DNA from: Sminthopsis crassicaudata
Lineage: Eukaryota
Length of the DNA stretch: 64,000 nucleotides
Direction: 5' to 3'
Assembly: GCF_048593235.1 (NCBI RefSeq)
Contig: NC_133617.1
Span: forward strand, 133,508,937-133,572,936
The notes under the pieces were generated by a model that made no database searches, was not told the origin of the DNA, and saw nothing but the letters and a program-made list of their open reading frames with translations. The translations under genes and the position numbers were made by a program. Below, one piece after another: positions 61,768-64,000 of the stretch. How positions within the stretch are numbered: the stretch's first letter is position 1; every line of letters begins with the position of its first letter.

Positions 61768-63388
61768 CTTTTTTATTAATTTTATAATTATAAATTTTTT
61801 GACAGTACATATGCATGGGTATTTTTTTTACAACCTTATCCTTTGTATTCATTTTTCCAAATTTTCCCCTCTCTTTCTCTACTCCCTCCCCTAGATGACA
61901 AGCAATCCCATGCATATTAAATGTGTTACAGTATAACCTAGATACAATATATGTGTGTAAAACCAAATTTCTTGTTGCACAGTAAGAATTGGATTCCAAA
62001 GGTATAAGTTACCTGGGTAGAAAGACAATAGTGCAAACATTTTACACTCAATTCCCAGTGTTCCTTCTCTGGGTGTAGCTGTTTCTGTCCATCATTGATC
62101 AACTACAACTGAATTAGATCTTTATGAAGATATCCACTTCAATCAGAATATATCTTTATACAGTATCATTGTTGAAGTGTATACAGTGATCTCCTGGTTC
62201 TGCTCGTTTCACTCAGCATCAGTTCATGTAAGTTTCTCCAAGCCTCTCTGTATTCATCCTGCTGGTCATTTCTTAGAGAGTAATAATATTCTATAACATT
62301 CATATACCATAATTTACCCAACTATTCTCCAATTGATGGACATCCATTCAACTTCCAGTTTCTAGCCACTACAAAAAGAGCTGCCACAAACATTTTGGCA
62401 TATACAGGTCCCTTTCCCTTCTTTAATATTTCTTTAGGATATAAGCCCGGTAATAGCACTGCTAGGTATGCACAATTTGATAACTTTTTGGACACAGTTC
62501 CAAATTGTTCTCCAGAATAGCTGGATTTTTTTATGACTCTACCAACAATGCATGTGTCCCAGTTTTCCCACATCCCCTCCAACATTCATCATTATTTGTT
62601 CCTATCATCTTAGCCAATCTGACAGGAGTGTAGTGGTTTCTCAGAGTTGTCTTAATTTGCATTTCTCTGATCAGTAGTAATTTGGAACACTCTTTCATAT
62701 GAGTGGAAATAGTTTCAATTTCATCATCTGAAAATTGTCTGTTCATATCCTTTGACCATTTATCAATTGGGGAATTGTTTGATTTCTTATAAATTAGAGT
62801 CAGTTCTCTATATATTTTGGAAATGAGGCCTTTATCAGAACTTTTAACTGTAAAAATATTTTCCCAATTTGTTACTTCCCTTCTAATCTTGTTTGCTTTA
62901 GTTTTGTTTGTACAAAAGTTTTTTAATTTGATGTAATCAAAATCCTCTATTTTATGATTAATAATGATCTCTAGTTCTTGTTTGGTCATAAATTCTTTCC
63001 TCCTCCACAAGTCTGAGAGGTAAACTATCCTCTGTTCCTCTAATCTATTTATGATCTCATTCTTTATGCCTAAATCATGGACCCATCTTGATCTTATCTT
63101 GGTATATGCTGTTAAGTGTGGGTCCATATCTAATTTCTGCCATACTAATTTCCAGTTTTTCCAACAGTTTTTTTTTTCAAATAATGAATTCTTATCTAAA
63201 AGTTGGTATCTTTGGGTTTGTCAAACACTAGATGGCTATAGTTGTACACTATTTTGTCCTGTGAACCTAACCTGTTCCACTGATCAACTAGTCTATTTCT
63301 TAGCCAATACCAAATGGTTTTGGTGACTGCTGCTTTATAATATAGCTTTAGATCAGGTACAGCTAAGCCACCTTCATCTGATTTTTTT
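61768..63388 (-). mobile_element. 5'-truncated L1 (~1.6 kb) retaining a 198-aa ORF2 C-terminal segment (62531-63127)
   Basis: MDPHLTAYTKIRSRW...HYTPVRLA...ECWRGCG is L1 ORF2; TSD tgaaggaatatt/tgaatgaatatt (61756-61767, 63389-63400). Confidence 0.95.
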
Positions 63389-64000
63389 TGAATGAATATT
63401 TTTAAATGGAAATATGCCTAAATGAGCTGAATTACTTTTCTTTGAAATTCTTCTAGGATAGGGCTTCTTTTTTTCCCACTTATGACCCCTCCTTTCTCCC
63501 CCCAATTTTCACATAAGTCTAGGTATGAAGATATAGGTATGCAAATCAAATATTTATTAATAAAATCATAAAAATTCAAACAATTCTTTGGCATACATAT
63601 AATGTATAACTTCCTTCATGTACCTTGTTCACAAGTTCAAACTTCCTTTTGTGCCTTTCACACAAAAACTTTCTTGCATGGAATCAATATGAAGATGACT
63701 AAAGTCTTAATATTATCTTTAAGTTATATAATGAAAACTTACAATTTACAGAGTACTGTCATATCATTTGAATCTTATAATAATCCTGTGACATAGGAAA
63801 AGCAGGTTTTGTTGTTCACATTTGACATATAAAGACCCCAAAAGATTAAGCAATCAAATAATGACTGAAGGCAGCTGGGACTGGAACTTTTGATAATGTA
63901 ACCAATGTTCCTCAGGAATGCCTAATAGCCAAGAGTATTTTGGAAATCTTATACAACTAAAAAAAAACTTTTATAATATTTTTCCTATATAAAGATTTTC

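Noticed and set aside
62531-63127. 198-aa ORF as a host gene or active L1
   Set aside because: It is the L1 ORF2 C-terminal segment within a 5'-truncated, frameshifted copy lacking ORF1, EN and most of RT.

Overview
AT-rich mammalian genomic DNA. It is almost certainly marsupial and probably dasyurid, inferred from its repeats: WSINE1/MAR1-type CORE-SINEs, marsupial L1 3' ends, an RTE LINE and a 7SL-derived retrocopy. About 58 kb (1-58316) reads as a repeat-filled first intron of a gene on the minus strand. That gene's CpG-island promoter and 5' exon(s) lie at about 58300-59600, with a TATA box, GC box, CCAAT, kappaB and MEF2/E-box motifs and three alternative splice donors. I do not recognise the gene and give no symbol. 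No convincing protein-coding exon was found; one candidate ATG-bearing exon lies at 12536-12590 (-). The rest is L1, L2, L3/CR1, RTE, MIR/MAR SINE, solo-LTR and hAT-MITE relics, many with readable target-site duplications (TSDs), plus microsatellites and one 156-N gap. Almost all listed ORFs are repeat or low-complexity artefacts. I see no evidence of a wholly new biological system. The best leads are the complex 5' leader (alternative donors, uORFs, a possible second promoter), a candidate downstream exon, a microhomology-templated insertion and a decayed 7SL retrocopy. Repeat family names and most boundaries are by eye, without database searches.
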